The notes: generated by a model not told the origin, from the letters alone. 64,000 nucleotides of DNA from Anaeromyxobacter sp. (GCA_049840735.1 JASGJN010000013.1:192001-256000), one strand, 5' to 3'; shown: positions 52,111-63,177, counted from the first letter of the stretch. Made by a program: numbers and translations.

Positions 52111-53058
52111 CTACCCAGGCGGGAACACGAACACCAGCGCCCCCGGCCAGCTCGGGTCCGGCCCCAGCGCCACGTCGGCGTCCGTCGAGGGCCGCAGGCG
52201 CGCGCGCCAGTACTCCTCGCTGTGGTTGTGGCCGTTGCCGACCGCGTGCTCCAGGTCGCCGTGCAGCGTCCAGCCGGTCCGGACCAGCAGGGCGGAGATG
52301 GCGTTCGTCCGGGCGAGCCCGTCGTCGCCGCCGCCCCAGTCCACCGTGCCGCTGTCCAGGTAGACGCGCAGGGGCAGCTTCGCCGTGACCTGCCGCTCGA
52401 AGCCGTAGCTGCCGCTGTAGCCGACCAGCGCGGGTGAGAGCGCCATCACCCGCCCCCAGGTCGCGGTGCGGGTCCAGCCGGCATGGAGAGAGATGAGCCC
52501 GCCGTAGGACGAGCCGCCGATGGCCCGGTGCTCGCGGTCCGCGGCCGTCCGGTAGGTGGCGTCCACGAACGGCACCACCTGCTGCTCGAGGAAGTCGAGG
52601 TAGCGGTCGGCGGTGGGGCCGGGGGCGTGGCCGGCGCCGGGGAAGTACTCCTCCGTCCGCGCCGCGCCGCCGTTGTCGATCATCACCACGATGACCGGCG
52701 CCATCAGGCCGCGCTGCGCCAGGTCGGTGGACACGCGGTGCACCTGCCAGCCGCCGTGGCCGTAGCCGTCATGGTCCAGGCAGTTCTGGCCGTCGTGCAG
52801 GTAGAGCACCGGGTAGCGGACCTCGGCGCTGGCCGCCTCGGCGTAGCCTTCCGGCAGCAGCACGGTCACGGTGCGGCTCGCGATCCCCTCCACCGCCGAG
52901 GTGAACCGCCAGGCGAAGAGGCGGTCCTCCCAGCCTGCCAGCGGGCTCGGCAGCGGCGCGGGCGGCACGGGATCGGCGGGGCCACCGGCGGCGGAGTGGG
53001 TGGCGCAGGCGGAGGCGGCGAGCAGCAGGAGCATGGCGGTGGTCCAGGGTGCGCGCAT
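52111..53058 (-). CDS. Lipoprotein alpha/beta hydrolase (putative esterase)
   Basis: LAASAC lipobox, YPVLYLHDGQN, GGSSYGG, YLDSG, GHNHSE. Confidence 0.85.
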   Translation of the reverse strand: MRAPWTTAMLLLLAASACATHSAAGGPADPVPPAPLPSPLAGWEDRLFAWRFTSAVEGIASRTVTVLLPEGYAEAASAEVRYPVLYLHDGQNCLDHDGYGHGGWQVHRVSTDLAQRGLMAPVIVVMIDNGGAARTEEYFPGAGHAPGPTADRYLDFLEQQVVPFVDATYRTAADREHRAIGGSSYGGLISLHAGWTRTATWGRVMALSPALVGYSGSYGFERQVTAKLPLRVYLDSGTVDWGGGDDGLARTNAISALLVRTGWTLHGDLEHAVGNGHNHSEEYWRARLRPSTDADVALGPDPSWPGALVFVFPPG

Positions 53059-53156
53059 GCCCTCTTCTACCGCGGGTCCAGGCAGGCCGGGCGCGGCAAG
53101 GAGCGGCGGTCACGGAGGCCGGGGCGCCTCGTCCCTCTCCTGATCCCGCGCCGCGG

Positions 53157-54062
53157 TCAGCGCGCCCCGAACAGCCCGCGCACCACCGCCGCGATGGCCA
53201 GCGGCGTGCCCACGGCCGGGTCGTAGCCGCCGGCGATCTCGGCCGCGAACGCGGCCGCGGTAGGCCGCCCCGCCGGCTCGGGGTCGAGCGAGCGGAGCAG
53301 CAGCACATCCAGCGCGGCCGGGATCTCCGGGCGGACCGAGGACGGCGCGCGCAGCTTGCCGGCCAGGATCCGCTGCCCCACCTCGTTCACGTCCTTGCCC
53401 GGGAAGGCGTGGGCGTTGGTGAGCAGCTCGAAGAAGACCGAGCCCAGCGCGAACACGTCGGCCGGCGGCCCGGGCCGCCGCCCCAGGATCTGCTCCGGCG
53501 CCAGGTAGCGGATCTTCCCGAAGGCGCCGCCGGGCAGCGGGCCGGCGCCGGTGGGCAGCGCCACGCCGAAGTCCCCCAGCTCGATCTCGCCCAGCCGCGA
53601 GATGAAGACGTTGGACGGGGACACGTCGCAGTGCACCACGCCCAGCGCCCGCCCCTGCGCGTCGCGCCCCTCGTGCGCGTGGGCCAGCGCGCCGGCCAGC
53701 TGGTGGGCCAGGTAGCACGCGAAGTCGATGGGCAGCAGGATGTGGCGCGCGGCGCAGACGGCGAGGATCTCCTTCAGGTTGCGCCCGTCCACGTACTCCA
53801 TGGCGATGAAGGGCACGCCGCCGGCCACGCCCGCGTCGAGCACCTCTACGATGGCCGGGTGCTGCAGCCGGCGCGTCAGCTCGGCCTCGCGCTCGAAGAG
53901 CGCCAGGTAGTCGGCGTCGCGCGCCAGCTCCGGCAAGAGCTGCTTCACGGCCACGTTGCGCCCGACGTGCGGGCCCGCCGTCACCGTCGCGCGGTGGACC
54001 TCGGCCATGCCTCCGCGGCCGATGAGCTCCTGGAGTGCGTAGCCGGGGACCTCGAAAGCCAT
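53157..54062 (-). CDS. Stand-alone Ser/Thr protein kinase
   Basis: GRGGMAEV, VAVK, HCDVSPSN, DFG, YLAPEQ. Confidence 0.9.
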   Translation of the reverse strand: MAFEVPGYALQELIGRGGMAEVHRATVTAGPHVGRNVAVKQLLPELARDADYLALFEREAELTRRLQHPAIVEVLDAGVAGGVPFIAMEYVDGRNLKEILAVCAARHILLPIDFACYLAHQLAGALAHAHEGRDAQGRALGVVHCDVSPSNVFISRLGEIELGDFGVALPTGAGPLPGGAFGKIRYLAPEQILGRRPGPPADVFALGSVFFELLTNAHAFPGKDVNEVGQRILAGKLRAPSSVRPEIPAALDVLLLRSLDPEPAGRPTAAAFAAEIAGGYDPAVGTPLAIAAVVRGLFGAR

Positions 54063-54163
54063 CGAACCTTCGTCGTGGGACGCCGTGCCAAAAAACGCTG
54101 TCGGAACCGGCCCCAAGGCGCACCGACGGGGACCATTCTACCCTTCGCGGCGGCACGGTTCGC

Positions 54164-54192
54164 TTGACAGGCCGATACCGGAGGCCTAGGAT
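54164..54192 (+). promoter_or_regulatory. Sigma70-type promoter upstream of 6S RNA
   Basis: TTGACA (54164-69), 17 bp spacer, TAGGAT (54187-92). Confidence 0.75.
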
Positions 54193-54252
54193 CTGAACCA
54201 TCAAAACTTCCCGTGTTTCCGGGAGGTTATAGCTCTTTAACCTTGCCGACCT

Positions 54253-54444
54253 GCCCCCTGCCGGGTTCGTGATTGGTCTTCGCGTCGTTTGGGCCGACTT
54301 TGAGCCAAGCGGAGCGCCCGCCCACGTCCATGTGCAAGCTCCCAACGCTGTACAGGGAGAAGCCTACGGACGCTGGTGCACCGGGTGCCCCACCTGTAGA
54401 AATACAGGTCCAAGCAACCGAGCCACACGGCTCACGCGGGGGGC
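54253..54444 (+). ncRNA. ssrS: 6S RNA
   Basis: ~190 nt lower-GC segment whose ends pair (GCCCCCTGC / GCGGGGGGC), followed by a T tract; directly upstream of ygfA, the conserved ssrS-ygfA linkage. Confidence 0.8.
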
Positions 54445-54484
54445 TTTTTTTATCCAGGGCGGCAAGCAGGCGTTCCGTGCAGAG

Positions 54485-55021
54485 GTGGTCGCCCAGCGCG
54501 CCCGGCGCACGCCCGCTGAGCGAGCCGAGGCCTCCCGCCGGATCGCCGAGCGCGCGGCCACGCTGCCTGTCCTGACGGCCGCCCGCACCGTCGCCCTCTA
54601 CGCCCCGCTCGCCTCCGAGGTGGACGTCCTGCTGCTCCTGGAGCGGCTGACGGCCCGCGCCGTCTTCCCGCGGGCCCGCCGCGAGGGGCGCGTAATGACC
54701 TTCGCATGCTGCGCGCCGGGTGAGCTGGTCGCCGGGCCCCTCCGCGTGCTGGAGCCGCCGCCGGACGCGCCGGAGGTGGCGCTCGAGGCGGTGGAGGTGG
54801 TGGTCGTGCCCGGGCTGGCCTTCTCGCTCGACGGCCACCGGCTGGGCCGCGGCGGCGGGTACTACGACGCCACCCTGTGCGCCATGCCGCACGCGGTGCG
54901 GCTGGGCGTCTCCTATGAGGGAGAGGTCTTTCCTTCGCTGCCGTTCGAGCCGCACGACGCGCCGCTCGACGTGCTCGTCACCGAGGCGCGCGTCCTCCAT
55001 TTCCAGCGAGAATCTCGTTGA
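54485..55021 (+). CDS. ygfA: 5-formyltetrahydrofolate cyclo-ligase (start uncertain)
   Basis: VVVPGLAF..GHRLGRGGGYYD, EPHDAPLD. Confidence 0.88.
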   Translation: MVAQRARRTPAERAEASRRIAERAATLPVLTAARTVALYAPLASEVDVLLLLERLTARAVFPRARREGRVMTFACCAPGELVAGPLRVLEPPPDAPEVALEAVEVVVVPGLAFSLDGHRLGRGGGYYDATLCAMPHAVRLGVSYEGEVFPSLPFEPHDAPLDVLVTEARVLHFQRESR

Positions 55022-55055
55022 CTTCGACCGCTCCGCGCGGCTCCATCCGGTTCCC

Positions 55056-55853
55056 TTGAAGGTCCTCTTCCTCGGAGACGTCTTCGGCAAGCCCGGCCGC
55101 CAGGCCGTGGCCAGGCTCGTCCCGCGCCTCATCACGCGGGAGGGGCTCGACCTGGTGATCGCCAACGCCGAGAACTCGGCGGCCGGCTCGGGCGTCACGC
55201 CCGACAGCGCCGACGAGCTGCTGGGCTGCGAGGTGGACTTCCTCACCAGTGGCAACCACATCTGGTCGAAGCGCGAGATCATCCCCTACCTGAACCGACC
55301 CGGCTCGAAGCTGATCCGCCCCGCCAACTACCCGCCCGGCTCGCCGGGGCGCGGGCGCGGCATCGCCGAGACGCCGGACGGCCGCCGGCTGGGCGTGGTC
55401 AACATCGAGGGGCGCGTCTTCATGAAGAACCTGGACGACCCCTTCCGCGTGGCGGAGGCGGAGGTCGCCGCGCTCCAGGCCGAGGGCGTCACCTGCATCC
55501 TGGTGGACATGCACTGCGAGGCCACCAGCGAGAAGAACGCCATGGGCTGGTACCTGGACGGCCGCGTCTCGGCCGTGCTCGGCACCCACACGCACGTGCA
55601 GACCGCCGACCAGCGGGTGCTGACCAGCGGGACGGCCTTCATGACCGACGTGGGCATGTGCGGCCCATGGGACTCGGTCATCGGGATGAAGAAGGAGCTC
55701 GTGCTCGAGCGCTTCCTCACGCAGCGGCCGGCGGGGTTCGAGCCGGCCAAGCGCGACGTGTGGCTGCAGGGCGCGATCGTGGACATCGACGAGGCCACCG
55801 GCAAGGCGCGCTCCATCGCGCGCGTGCAGGAGCGGCTGGAAGAGGAGAAGTAG
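55056..55853 (+). CDS. YmdB-like metallophosphoesterase (TIGR00282 type)
   Basis: TTG start; FLGDVFG, TSGNH, RPANYP, DMHCEATSEK, GTHTHVQTAD, TDVGMCG. Confidence 0.92.
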   Translation: MKVLFLGDVFGKPGRQAVARLVPRLITREGLDLVIANAENSAAGSGVTPDSADELLGCEVDFLTSGNHIWSKREIIPYLNRPGSKLIRPANYPPGSPGRGRGIAETPDGRRLGVVNIEGRVFMKNLDDPFRVAEAEVAALQAEGVTCILVDMHCEATSEKNAMGWYLDGRVSAVLGTHTHVQTADQRVLTSGTAFMTDVGMCGPWDSVIGMKKELVLERFLTQRPAGFEPAKRDVWLQGAIVDIDEATGKARSIARVQERLEEEK

Positions 55854-57107
55854 ATGCCGACGGTGCAGGAGATGCTGCGCAGCGCCACGCCCGAGGAGCA
55901 GCTCCAGGAGGTCACCCGCGCCGCGGTGGACCTGCACGTGGAGAAGGACCTGCGGGCGCGGCTGGAGAAGGCCCACGCCACCGGCGTGCCGCTCCGGGTC
56001 AAGGCCGGCTTCGACCCCACCGCCCCCGACCTGCACCTGGGCCACACGGTGCTCCTCTCCCGCATGCGCCGGTTCCAGCAGTTCGGCCACCGGGTGATCT
56101 TCCTCATCGGCGACTTCACCGCGCTGATCGGCGACCCCACCGGCCGCAACAGCACCCGGCCGCCGCTCACGCCCGAGCAGATCGCCGCCAACGCCGAGAC
56201 CTACAAGCGCCAGGTCTTCAAGATCCTCGACCCGGAGCTGACCGAGGTCCGCTACAACTCCGAGTGGCTGGGGCAGATGGGCTTCGCCGACGTCATCCGC
56301 CTGGCCTCGCGCTACACCGTGGCGCGCATGCTGGAGCGCGACGACTTCAAGAAGCGCTACGGCGGCAACGTGCCCATCAGCGTGCACGAGTTCCTCTACC
56401 CCCTGGCGCAGGCCTACGACTCGGTGGCGCTCAAGGCGGACGTGGAGCTGGGCTCCTCGGATCAGCTCTTCAACCTGCTGGTGGGCCGGGCCATCATGCC
56501 GGACTACCAGCTGGCCCCGCAAATCGTGCTCACCGGCCCCATCCTCGAGGGGCTCGACGCGAAGAAGGACCCCGCCACCGGCCGGATCACCGGCAACAAG
56601 ATGTCCAAGTCGCTGGCCAACTACGTCGGCGTGGCCGAGGCGCCGGAGGAGCAGTTCGGCAAGCTCATGAGCGTCACCGACGACCTCATGTGGCGCTACT
56701 ACGACCTGCTCTCCGCCCGCTCCACCGCCGAGCTCCAGGCGCTCCAGGCCGGCCACCCCAAGGAGGCCAAGGTGGCGCTGGCGAAGGAGATCGTCACCCG
56801 CTTCCACGGCGCCGAGGCGGCCGCCCGCGCCGAGGAGCACTTCGCGCAGGTGCACGCCCGCCGCGAGGTGCCGGACGAGGTGGAGGAGCGCGCCGTGGCG
56901 CTGGGCGGCCAGGCCGCGCTGCCGCTGGCGAGGCTGCTGGCCGAGGCCAAGGTGGTGCAGAGCGGCAGCGAGGCCCGCCGGCTGATCGCGCAGGGCGGCG
57001 TCTCGGTGAACGGCGAGCGGGTCGGCGACGACAAGGCCACGCTCGGCGCCGGCGAGCACCTGGTCAAGGTGGGCAAGCGCCGCTTCGTGCGGTTCAAGAT
57101 CGGCTGA
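55854..57107 (+). CDS. tyrS: Tyrosine--tRNA ligase
   Basis: [25 protein letters not shown]-terminal S4 domain. Confidence 0.97.
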   Translation: MPTVQEMLRSATPEEQLQEVTRAAVDLHVEKDLRARLEKAHATGVPLRVKAGFDPTAPDLHLGHTVLLSRMRRFQQFGHRVIFLIGDFTALIGDPTGRNSTRPPLTPEQIAANAETYKRQVFKILDPELTEVRYNSEWLGQMGFADVIRLASRYTVARMLERDDFKKRYGGNVPISVHEFLYPLAQAYDSVALKADVELGSSDQLFNLLVGRAIMPDYQLAPQIVLTGPILEGLDAKKDPATGRITGNKMSKSLANYVGVAEAPEEQFGKLMSVTDDLMWRYYDLLSARSTAELQALQAGHPKEAKVALAKEIVTRFHGAEAAARAEEHFAQVHARREVPDEVEERAVALGGQAALPLARLLAEAKVVQSGSEARRLIAQGGVSVNGERVGDDKATLGAGEHLVKVGKRRFVRFKIG

Positions 57108-57148
57108 CCGGCGGGCGCGCTCGCCCTTCGGCGGTCGGGGCCCCCGGC

Positions 57149-58378
57149 TCAGGCCGGTGCGCGCAGCTCGTAGAGCTGCCGCCAGCGCACCCGCACCTCG
57201 CCGCCCAGGCCGTACGGCTGGAGCTCGATCCGGTGGTGGTCGCTGCGACGCTGGACCAGGCGCGGCACGGCCCAGAGCTCGATGGGCAGGCCGGCGCCCT
57301 CGATCACCGCCCGCAGCAGGTGGTTCTGCGCGACCGGCTCGGTGCCCACCAGCAAGAGGCCGTTGGGCGCGAGCACCAGCGCCTTGTAGCGGCGCTGCGT
57401 CCCCCCGCTGAAGAGCGTCACGTCGAGATCGACGGGCCGCTCGCCGGCGGCCAGCGCGCTGTGCGGCGCGGTCACCCAGGTGCGCGGGACCACCTGGTCC
57501 ACCGAGGCCCCCTCGAACGCCGCGATGAAGGGCGGGATGCGCTCGATGACGCGCGCCACGGCCTGCTGCTCCTCGCGCCCGTCGAGCCCGGGCACGGTGG
57601 CGAGGTCGGTGGCGTCCACGCAGGGCGCGCGCGCCAGCAGGTCCACGATCTGGTCGCGAATCCTCACCACCTCCAGCAGGTCGGGGTTCTCGCAGCCCTG
57701 CGAGGTCTGGCCGTGGTGCAGCGCCACCACCTGGCGCACCAGCAGCGGGAGCGCCCAGCGGGACGCCAGCAGCACGCCCACCGGCACGTGCAGCCGCTCC
57801 ACCAGCGCCGCCCAGTCCTCCATGGGCAGGGCCGGGACGTCGGGCGCGGCGGCCAGGATGGACTCGATGCGCGTCACCGCCACCACCCGTCCGAAGTCGT
57901 GGAGGAGGCCGGCCACGAAGGCCGCCCCGTCGCGCCCCAGCCGCCGCAGCTTGGCCAGCTCCTGGCAGAGCACGGCGCCCGCCAGGCTCTCGATCCAGAT
58001 GGCGCGCTTGAGCGGCGCCAGCCCGCCCCCGTCCAGCGCCTGCGCCGAGAGCGCCGAGCTGAGCGTGATGCGGGTGATCTCGTCGGCGCCGATGCGGGTG
58101 ATGGCCTGCGTCAGGTCGCGGACCGGCACGCCGCGCGACACCAGCGCGGAGTTCGCGCAGCGCAGCACGTCCGCCGTCAGCGCCGCGTCCGAGCTGATGA
58201 CGCGGGCGATCTCGCGCAGCCCGGTGTCGTGGCTCGCCACCAGCCGCTGCACCCTCAGCGCCACGGCGGGAAAGGGTGGCACCGGGAGCGTCCCCTGCCC
58301 CGCCAGGCGCAGGAGCGTGCGCTCGATCTCCTGGACCTGGGGCGGCAGCGCTTCGGGAGGTCGCGGGGAGGTGGGCAT
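57149..58378 (-). CDS. HDOD-domain protein with C-terminal PilZ-like barrel
   Basis: VPPFPAVA, DAALTADVLRCANS, AGLLHDFG, RWALP. Confidence 0.85.
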   Translation of the reverse strand: MPTSPRPPEALPPQVQEIERTLLRLAGQGTLPVPPFPAVALRVQRLVASHDTGLREIARVISSDAALTADVLRCANSALVSRGVPVRDLTQAITRIGADEITRITLSSALSAQALDGGGLAPLKRAIWIESLAGAVLCQELAKLRRLGRDGAAFVAGLLHDFGRVVAVTRIESILAAAPDVPALPMEDWAALVERLHVPVGVLLASRWALPLLVRQVVALHHGQTSQGCENPDLLEVVRIRDQIVDLLARAPCVDATDLATVPGLDGREEQQAVARVIERIPPFIAAFEGASVDQVVPRTWVTAPHSALAAGERPVDLDVTLFSGGTQRRYKALVLAPNGLLLVGTEPVAQNHLLRAVIEGAGLPIELWAVPRLVQRRSDHHRIELQPYGLGGEVRVRWRQLYELRAPA

Positions 58379-58467
58379 CGGTGAGGCGCCAGGCGCGCTG
58401 CAGATGTAACCGGGACGGGCTCAGCGCACGAGCCGCAGCCCCGCGAGCCTACCAGCTCGCCGGGCGG

Positions 58468-59485
58468 CTACCGCCGCTTCTTCCGGGCCGGCGCAGCCTT
58501 GCCAGCCCTCGCCGCAGGGCGGCGGGCGGGGGCCTTCCTGGCCGGACGGGCGGCGGCCTTGCCGGCCTTCGCCGCCGGCTTCGCGCGCTTCGCGGCCTTC
58601 GCGGTCCTGGCGCCCTTCACCGCCCGGGCCGGCCTGGCGCGGGACGCCGGCCTGGCGCGGGACGCCGGACGGGCGCGCGCCGGCGCCGGGGTGCGGGCGG
58701 GTGCGCTGGTCGCGACCTTGATCGGCGCCACCGGTGCAGCCGCCGGCCCCGGCGTGCGCCCTTGCGGCGCCGACGGCGTGAGCAGGAGCGGCAGCTCGAC
58801 CTGGACCGGCGCGCCCGGCGGGACGGAGCGCGCTGCGACCGGCTCGGCGCGAGGGGTGTCCTGGCCCTCGCCGCGAGTCACGCGCGGCGGGCGGTAGTGC
58901 TTGCCCAGCACGTACACCTCGAAGCTGTGCTCGCGCACGGCCTCCGGGCGGACGATGTGCACCTCCTGGAACTTGCCCTGCAGCTCCTTCTTCAGCGGCG
59001 GGAAGTCGCCGCCCATGAAGACCTTGGCGACGAAGCTGCCGCCGGCCGGGAGCGTCTGCTCGGCCACCGAGAGCGCCATGCGCACCAGCTCCAGCGAGCG
59101 GGCCTCGTCGGTCACCTTGATGCCGATGGTCTTCGGCGCCATGTCGCTGGTCACCAGCCGGAAGCGCCCGGGGTGCAGGGCGCGGATCTGCGCCAGCGCC
59201 TCCGGGGCCAGCAGGTCCACCACCGCGGTGCGCACCCAGGGCTTGCCCAGGTTGCGGATGGGCTCGAGGTCCACCCCCACCGCCACCCCGGTCTCCGCCG
59301 ACCGCTTCGGCCAGGACCTGCAGGAAGCCGCCCGGGGCGGCGCCCAGGTCGAGGACCGCGTCTCCCCGCCCCAGCAGCCGGTGCCGGCGGAGGATCTCGT
59401 CGATCTTGAAGGCGGAGCGGGCCCGCAGGCCCTGCTTCTTGGCCTTGCGGTAGTAGAAATCCTTCGGGTCGTAGGGCTTGGCCAT
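58468..59485 (-). CDS. rlmE: 23S rRNA Um2552 methyltransferase with basic C-terminal tail (frameshift ~59296)
   Basis: RARSAFK, DLGAAPGG, SDMAP, KVF, SFEVY; Lys/Arg/Ala-rich tail. Confidence 0.9.
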
Positions 59486-59563
59486 GTGGGATCCGGGAGG
59501 TTCATTGCCCCCGATGGGCGCCGATGGGTATCCTGCGGACGCCGCTGATCCGTCAAGGAGCCG

Positions 59564-59947
59564 ATGTCCCGAGCCAAGGTCGCCCTGCTCTGTCTCCCCC
59601 TCGCCCTCGCCGGCGTGGGCCTGGCCATCCACGCCAGCTACCGCATCGCCGGGGGGAAGCAGGAGCTGCAGAGCCTGGCCCTGGCCGCCAGCGCCGAGGG
59701 GCGGTCCTTCGAGGACACGCTGCGGGGTGAGCACGCCGAGCGACAGCGGCTGGCGTTCGACCGCCGGCGTGCCCTGGTGCTGGAGCTGGCGGCGGCCCGG
59801 CGGGACCAGCTCCTGGGCGTGGTCCTGACCCTGGCCTCCGGCCTGGCCTACGCCGGCCTCTCCATCCTGGCCCGCATCTCGGCCGAGGTGGAGGAGGACC
59901 GGCGGCACGTGGCCGAATCGGGCGCAGGCGCCCGCCGGCATAACTGA
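59564..59947 (+). CDS. Hypothetical two-TM membrane protein
   Basis: AAGGAG SD, two hydrophobic segments, typical codon usage. Confidence 0.6.
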   Translation: MSRAKVALLCLPLALAGVGLAIHASYRIAGGKQELQSLALAASAEGRSFEDTLRGEHAERQRLAFDRRRALVLELAAARRDQLLGVVLTLASGLAYAGLSILARISAEVEEDRRHVAESGAGARRHN

Positions 59948-60021
59948 AAAAACGTTTGCGTTACGGGCTTGAAGGTGCGACGGACCCCCGCCTTGACGGG
60001 GCCCGCCCGGGGATAGGATAA

Positions 60022-60255
<234 letters not shown>

Positions 60256-60286
60256 GCACCGCCCGCACCTGCTGGCTTCAACGGGA

Positions 60287-60316
60287 GGGCAGCGCCCGGT
60301 CGGCGCTGCTCTTCTT
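60287..60316 (+). terminator. Probable terminator between the ferredoxin genes
   Basis: GGGCAGCGCC-loop-GGCGCTGCTC followed by TTCTT. Confidence 0.5.
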
Positions 60317-60410
60317 GCATCCAGGCCCTACCGGGCTACCCTGCCACCCCCGGTTCCGGTAGCATCCCCGCCCGTCTGGCGCCCTGGGCGCCGCACAGGA
60401 GACCTCCACG

Positions 60411-60713
60411 ATGGCCACCACGATCACCGACGAGTGCATCAACTGCGGCGCCTGCGAGCCGGAGTGCCCGAACAGCGCCATCAGCCAGGGGGAGGACATC
60501 TACGTCATCAACCCCGACCTCTGCACCGAGTGCGTCGGCTTCCACGACGAGGAGGCCTGCGCCGCGGTCTGCCCGGTGGACTGCTGCGTGCCGGACCCGA
60601 AGCGCCCGGAGTCGGAGGAGGCCAACTACGCCAAGCTGGCCCGCATCCACGCCGACAAGCAGTTCCCGCCGCTGGCGGACCTGCCGGCCGCGCTCTCCCG
60701 GTACCGGAAGTGA
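60411..60713 (+). CDS. YfhL-type 2[4Fe-4S] ferredoxin with C-terminal extension
   Basis: [39 protein letters not shown]. Confidence 0.93.
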   Translation: MATTITDECINCGACEPECPNSAISQGEDIYVINPDLCTECVGFHDEEACAAVCPVDCCVPDPKRPESEEANYAKLARIHADKQFPPLADLPAALSRYRK

Positions 60714-60840
60714 CCTGAGCGGCCCGCCTCACCGGGCCCAGGCGGCGCCGCCGCCCCGCTGACCTCCCGACGCCCCGCGTGCCCGTGCGGCCCGCGGGGC
60801 GTCGCACTTATATGGGCCGGGTTCTCTTCCCGGGGGTGCC

Positions 60841-62492
60841 ATGGAGACGTTCACCGGCGGTCGGCTGGTCGCGCGGATGCTGCGGAAGGAGGGCGTCACC
60901 ACCGTCTTCACGCTCTCCGGGCTGCACGTGGCCCCCATCTACGCCGGCTGCGTGGACGAGGGCATCCGGCTCATCGACACCCGCCACGAGCAGGCCGCGG
61001 CCCACGCCGCCGACGCCTGGGCGCGCCTCACGCGCGGCGTGGGCGTGGCGGTGGTGACCGCCGGGCCGGGCGTCACCGACGCCGTCACCGGCGTGGCCAA
61101 CGCCTGGGCCGCCAACGTGCCGCTGGTGCTGCTGGGCGGGGCCGCGCCGACCTTCAACCAGGGGCGCGGCTCGCTGCAGGAGATGCCGCAGACGCAGCTC
61201 TTCGCGGGCATCACCAAGTGGTCCGACCGCGTCCCCTCCCCCGAGCTCGTGCCCAGCTTCCTGGCCAAGGCCTTCCGCGTGGCGCGGGCCGGCCGGCCCG
61301 GGCCGGTCTTCCTGGAGCTGCCCTGGGACGTGCTCTCCAACGGCGCCGACGAGGCGCTGGCCGAGGCGCAGGAGCGCTACCGCACCGAGGCCCGCTCGCC
61401 GGGCGATCCGGCGCAGCTGGAGGAGGCGCTGAAGCTCCTCGGCGGCGCCGAGCGGCCGGTGCTGCTGGGCGGCTCGTCGATTTGGTGGGACGGCGCGGTG
61501 GAGGCGCTCTCGGGCCTGGCCGAGCGCACCGGGCTGCCGGTCTACCTGAACGGCATGGGGCGCGGCTGCCTCCCGCCGGATCACCCAGCTTCTTCCAGGG
61601 CTCGCGCAAGGAGGCGCTGGCGCAGGCCGACGTGGTGCTGGTGGTGGGCACCCCGCTCGACTTCCGCGTGGGCTACGGCACCGAGCCCACCTTCGCGCCC
61701 GGCGCGCGGGTCATCCAGGTGGACATCGACGCGGCGGAGATCGGGCGCAACCGGCCCATCGACGTGGGCATCGTGGGCGACGCCCGCAGCGTGCTCTCCA
61801 CGCTCGGCTCGGGCGCACGCCTCTCCGGCGCCGCCGCGGGCTGGCGGGCCTTCCTGCGGGAGAAGGAGCGCGAGCGCGCGGAGCGGCAGCGGGCCTTCGA
61901 GGAGAGCGACCAGCGCCCCATCCACCACTTCCGGCTGGCGAAGGCGCTCGACACCGTGGCCTCGCGCGCCGGCGACGTGACCTACGTCGGCGACGGCGGC
62001 AACGTGGTGGCGGTGGCGGCCAAGGTGCTCAAGGTGCAGAAGCCCGGCCGCTGGCTCGACCCCGGACCGCTCGGCTGCCTCGGCGTGGGCGCGCCCTTCG
62101 CGCTGGCGGCGAAGCTGCTCGCCCCCGAGCGGCCGGTGTGCGTGATCCAGGGCGACGGCGCGTTCGGCCTGAACGGCATGGACTTCGAGACGGCCGTCCG
62201 CTTCAAGCTGCCGATGGTGGTGGTGGTGGGGAACGACGCCGCCTGGGGGCAGATCCTCATCCCGCAGCGCGGCCTGTACGGCGAGGACCACGCGGTGGCC
62301 ACCAAGCTCTCGCCCACCCGGTACGACCGCGTGGTGGAGGCGCTGGGCGGCCAGGGGGAGCACGTGGAGGACCCGGCCGACCTGGTCCCCGCGCTGGAGC
62401 GCGCCTTCGCGTCCGGCACCGTGTACTGCGTCGACGTGGCCATCGACCCCGAGGCCGCTGCGACCTCCGGGGCGGCGGGTTACGCGATATAA
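60841..62492 (+). CDS. ThDP-dependent enzyme (acetolactate-synthase-like / 2-hydroxyacyl-CoA lyase family; frameshift ~61586)
   Basis: RHEQAAAHAAD, TAGPG, PGPVFLELP, GDGAFG..N ThDP motif. Confidence 0.88.
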
Positions 62493-62509
62493 GGCGCCGG
62501 CACGGGGCC

Positions 62510-62606
62510 CCGTTCGCGGTGAGCTTGTCGAACCGCGAGCGGGACGTCTCCGGCCCCGTTCGCCCTGAGCCCTTCGACAAGCTCAGGGCAGGCGAAGTCG
62601 AAGGGC
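62510..62606 (+). repeat. REP-like copies D and E (E contains a nested inverted copy)
   Basis: CCGTTCGCGGTGAGCTTGTCGAACCGCG and CCGTTCGCCCTGAGC[CCTTCGACAAGCTCAGGG]CAGGCGAAGTCGAAGGGC. Confidence 0.75.
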
Positions 62607-62616
62607 AGAGGAAGAC

Positions 62617-63177
62617 ATGTTCGGACCCAAGGTGAAGCTCGACCCCTCCCGCGCCGCGATCCTGGTGGTGGACGTCCAGGAGCGCCTCACCCCCGCCATG
62701 CCGCCGGACGCGCTGGCGCGCTTGGTGAAGTACACCAGGGCCCTGGTCGGCTGCGCCCGCGAGCTCTCGCTCCCGGTGCTCGCCACCGAGCAGTATCCCA
62801 AGGGGCTCGGCGCCACGGTGCCCGAGCTGCGCGAGCTGCTGGCCGGCGCGCCGCTCCAGAAGTTGCACTTCTCCTGCGGCGCCGACGCGGGCTTCCTGGC
62901 GGCGCTGGAGGCCACCGGGCGGCGGCAGGTGATCCTGGCCGGGATGGAGACGCACGTCTGCGTCTTCCAGACCGCGCGCGACCTGGCCGGCCTGGGCTAC
63001 GAGGTGCACGTCTGCGCCGACGCCGTCACCAGCCGGACCGAGGAGCACCGCCGGGTGGGGCTCGAGCTGTGCCGCGAGGCCGGGGCGGTGATCACCACCG
63101 CCGAGACCGCCATCTTCGACCTGCTGCACCTGGCCGGCACCCCCGCGTTCAAGAAGGTGGCTCCGCTGGTGCGGTGA
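62617..63177 (+). CDS. Isochorismatase-family hydrolase
   Basis: VVDVQERL, TEQYPKGLG, GMETHVCVFQT. Confidence 0.9.
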   Translation: MFGPKVKLDPSRAAILVVDVQERLTPAMPPDALARLVKYTRALVGCARELSLPVLATEQYPKGLGATVPELRELLAGAPLQKLHFSCGADAGFLAALEATGRRQVILAGMETHVCVFQTARDLAGLGYEVHVCADAVTSRTEEHRRVGLELCREAGAVITTAETAIFDLLHLAGTPAFKKVAPLVR

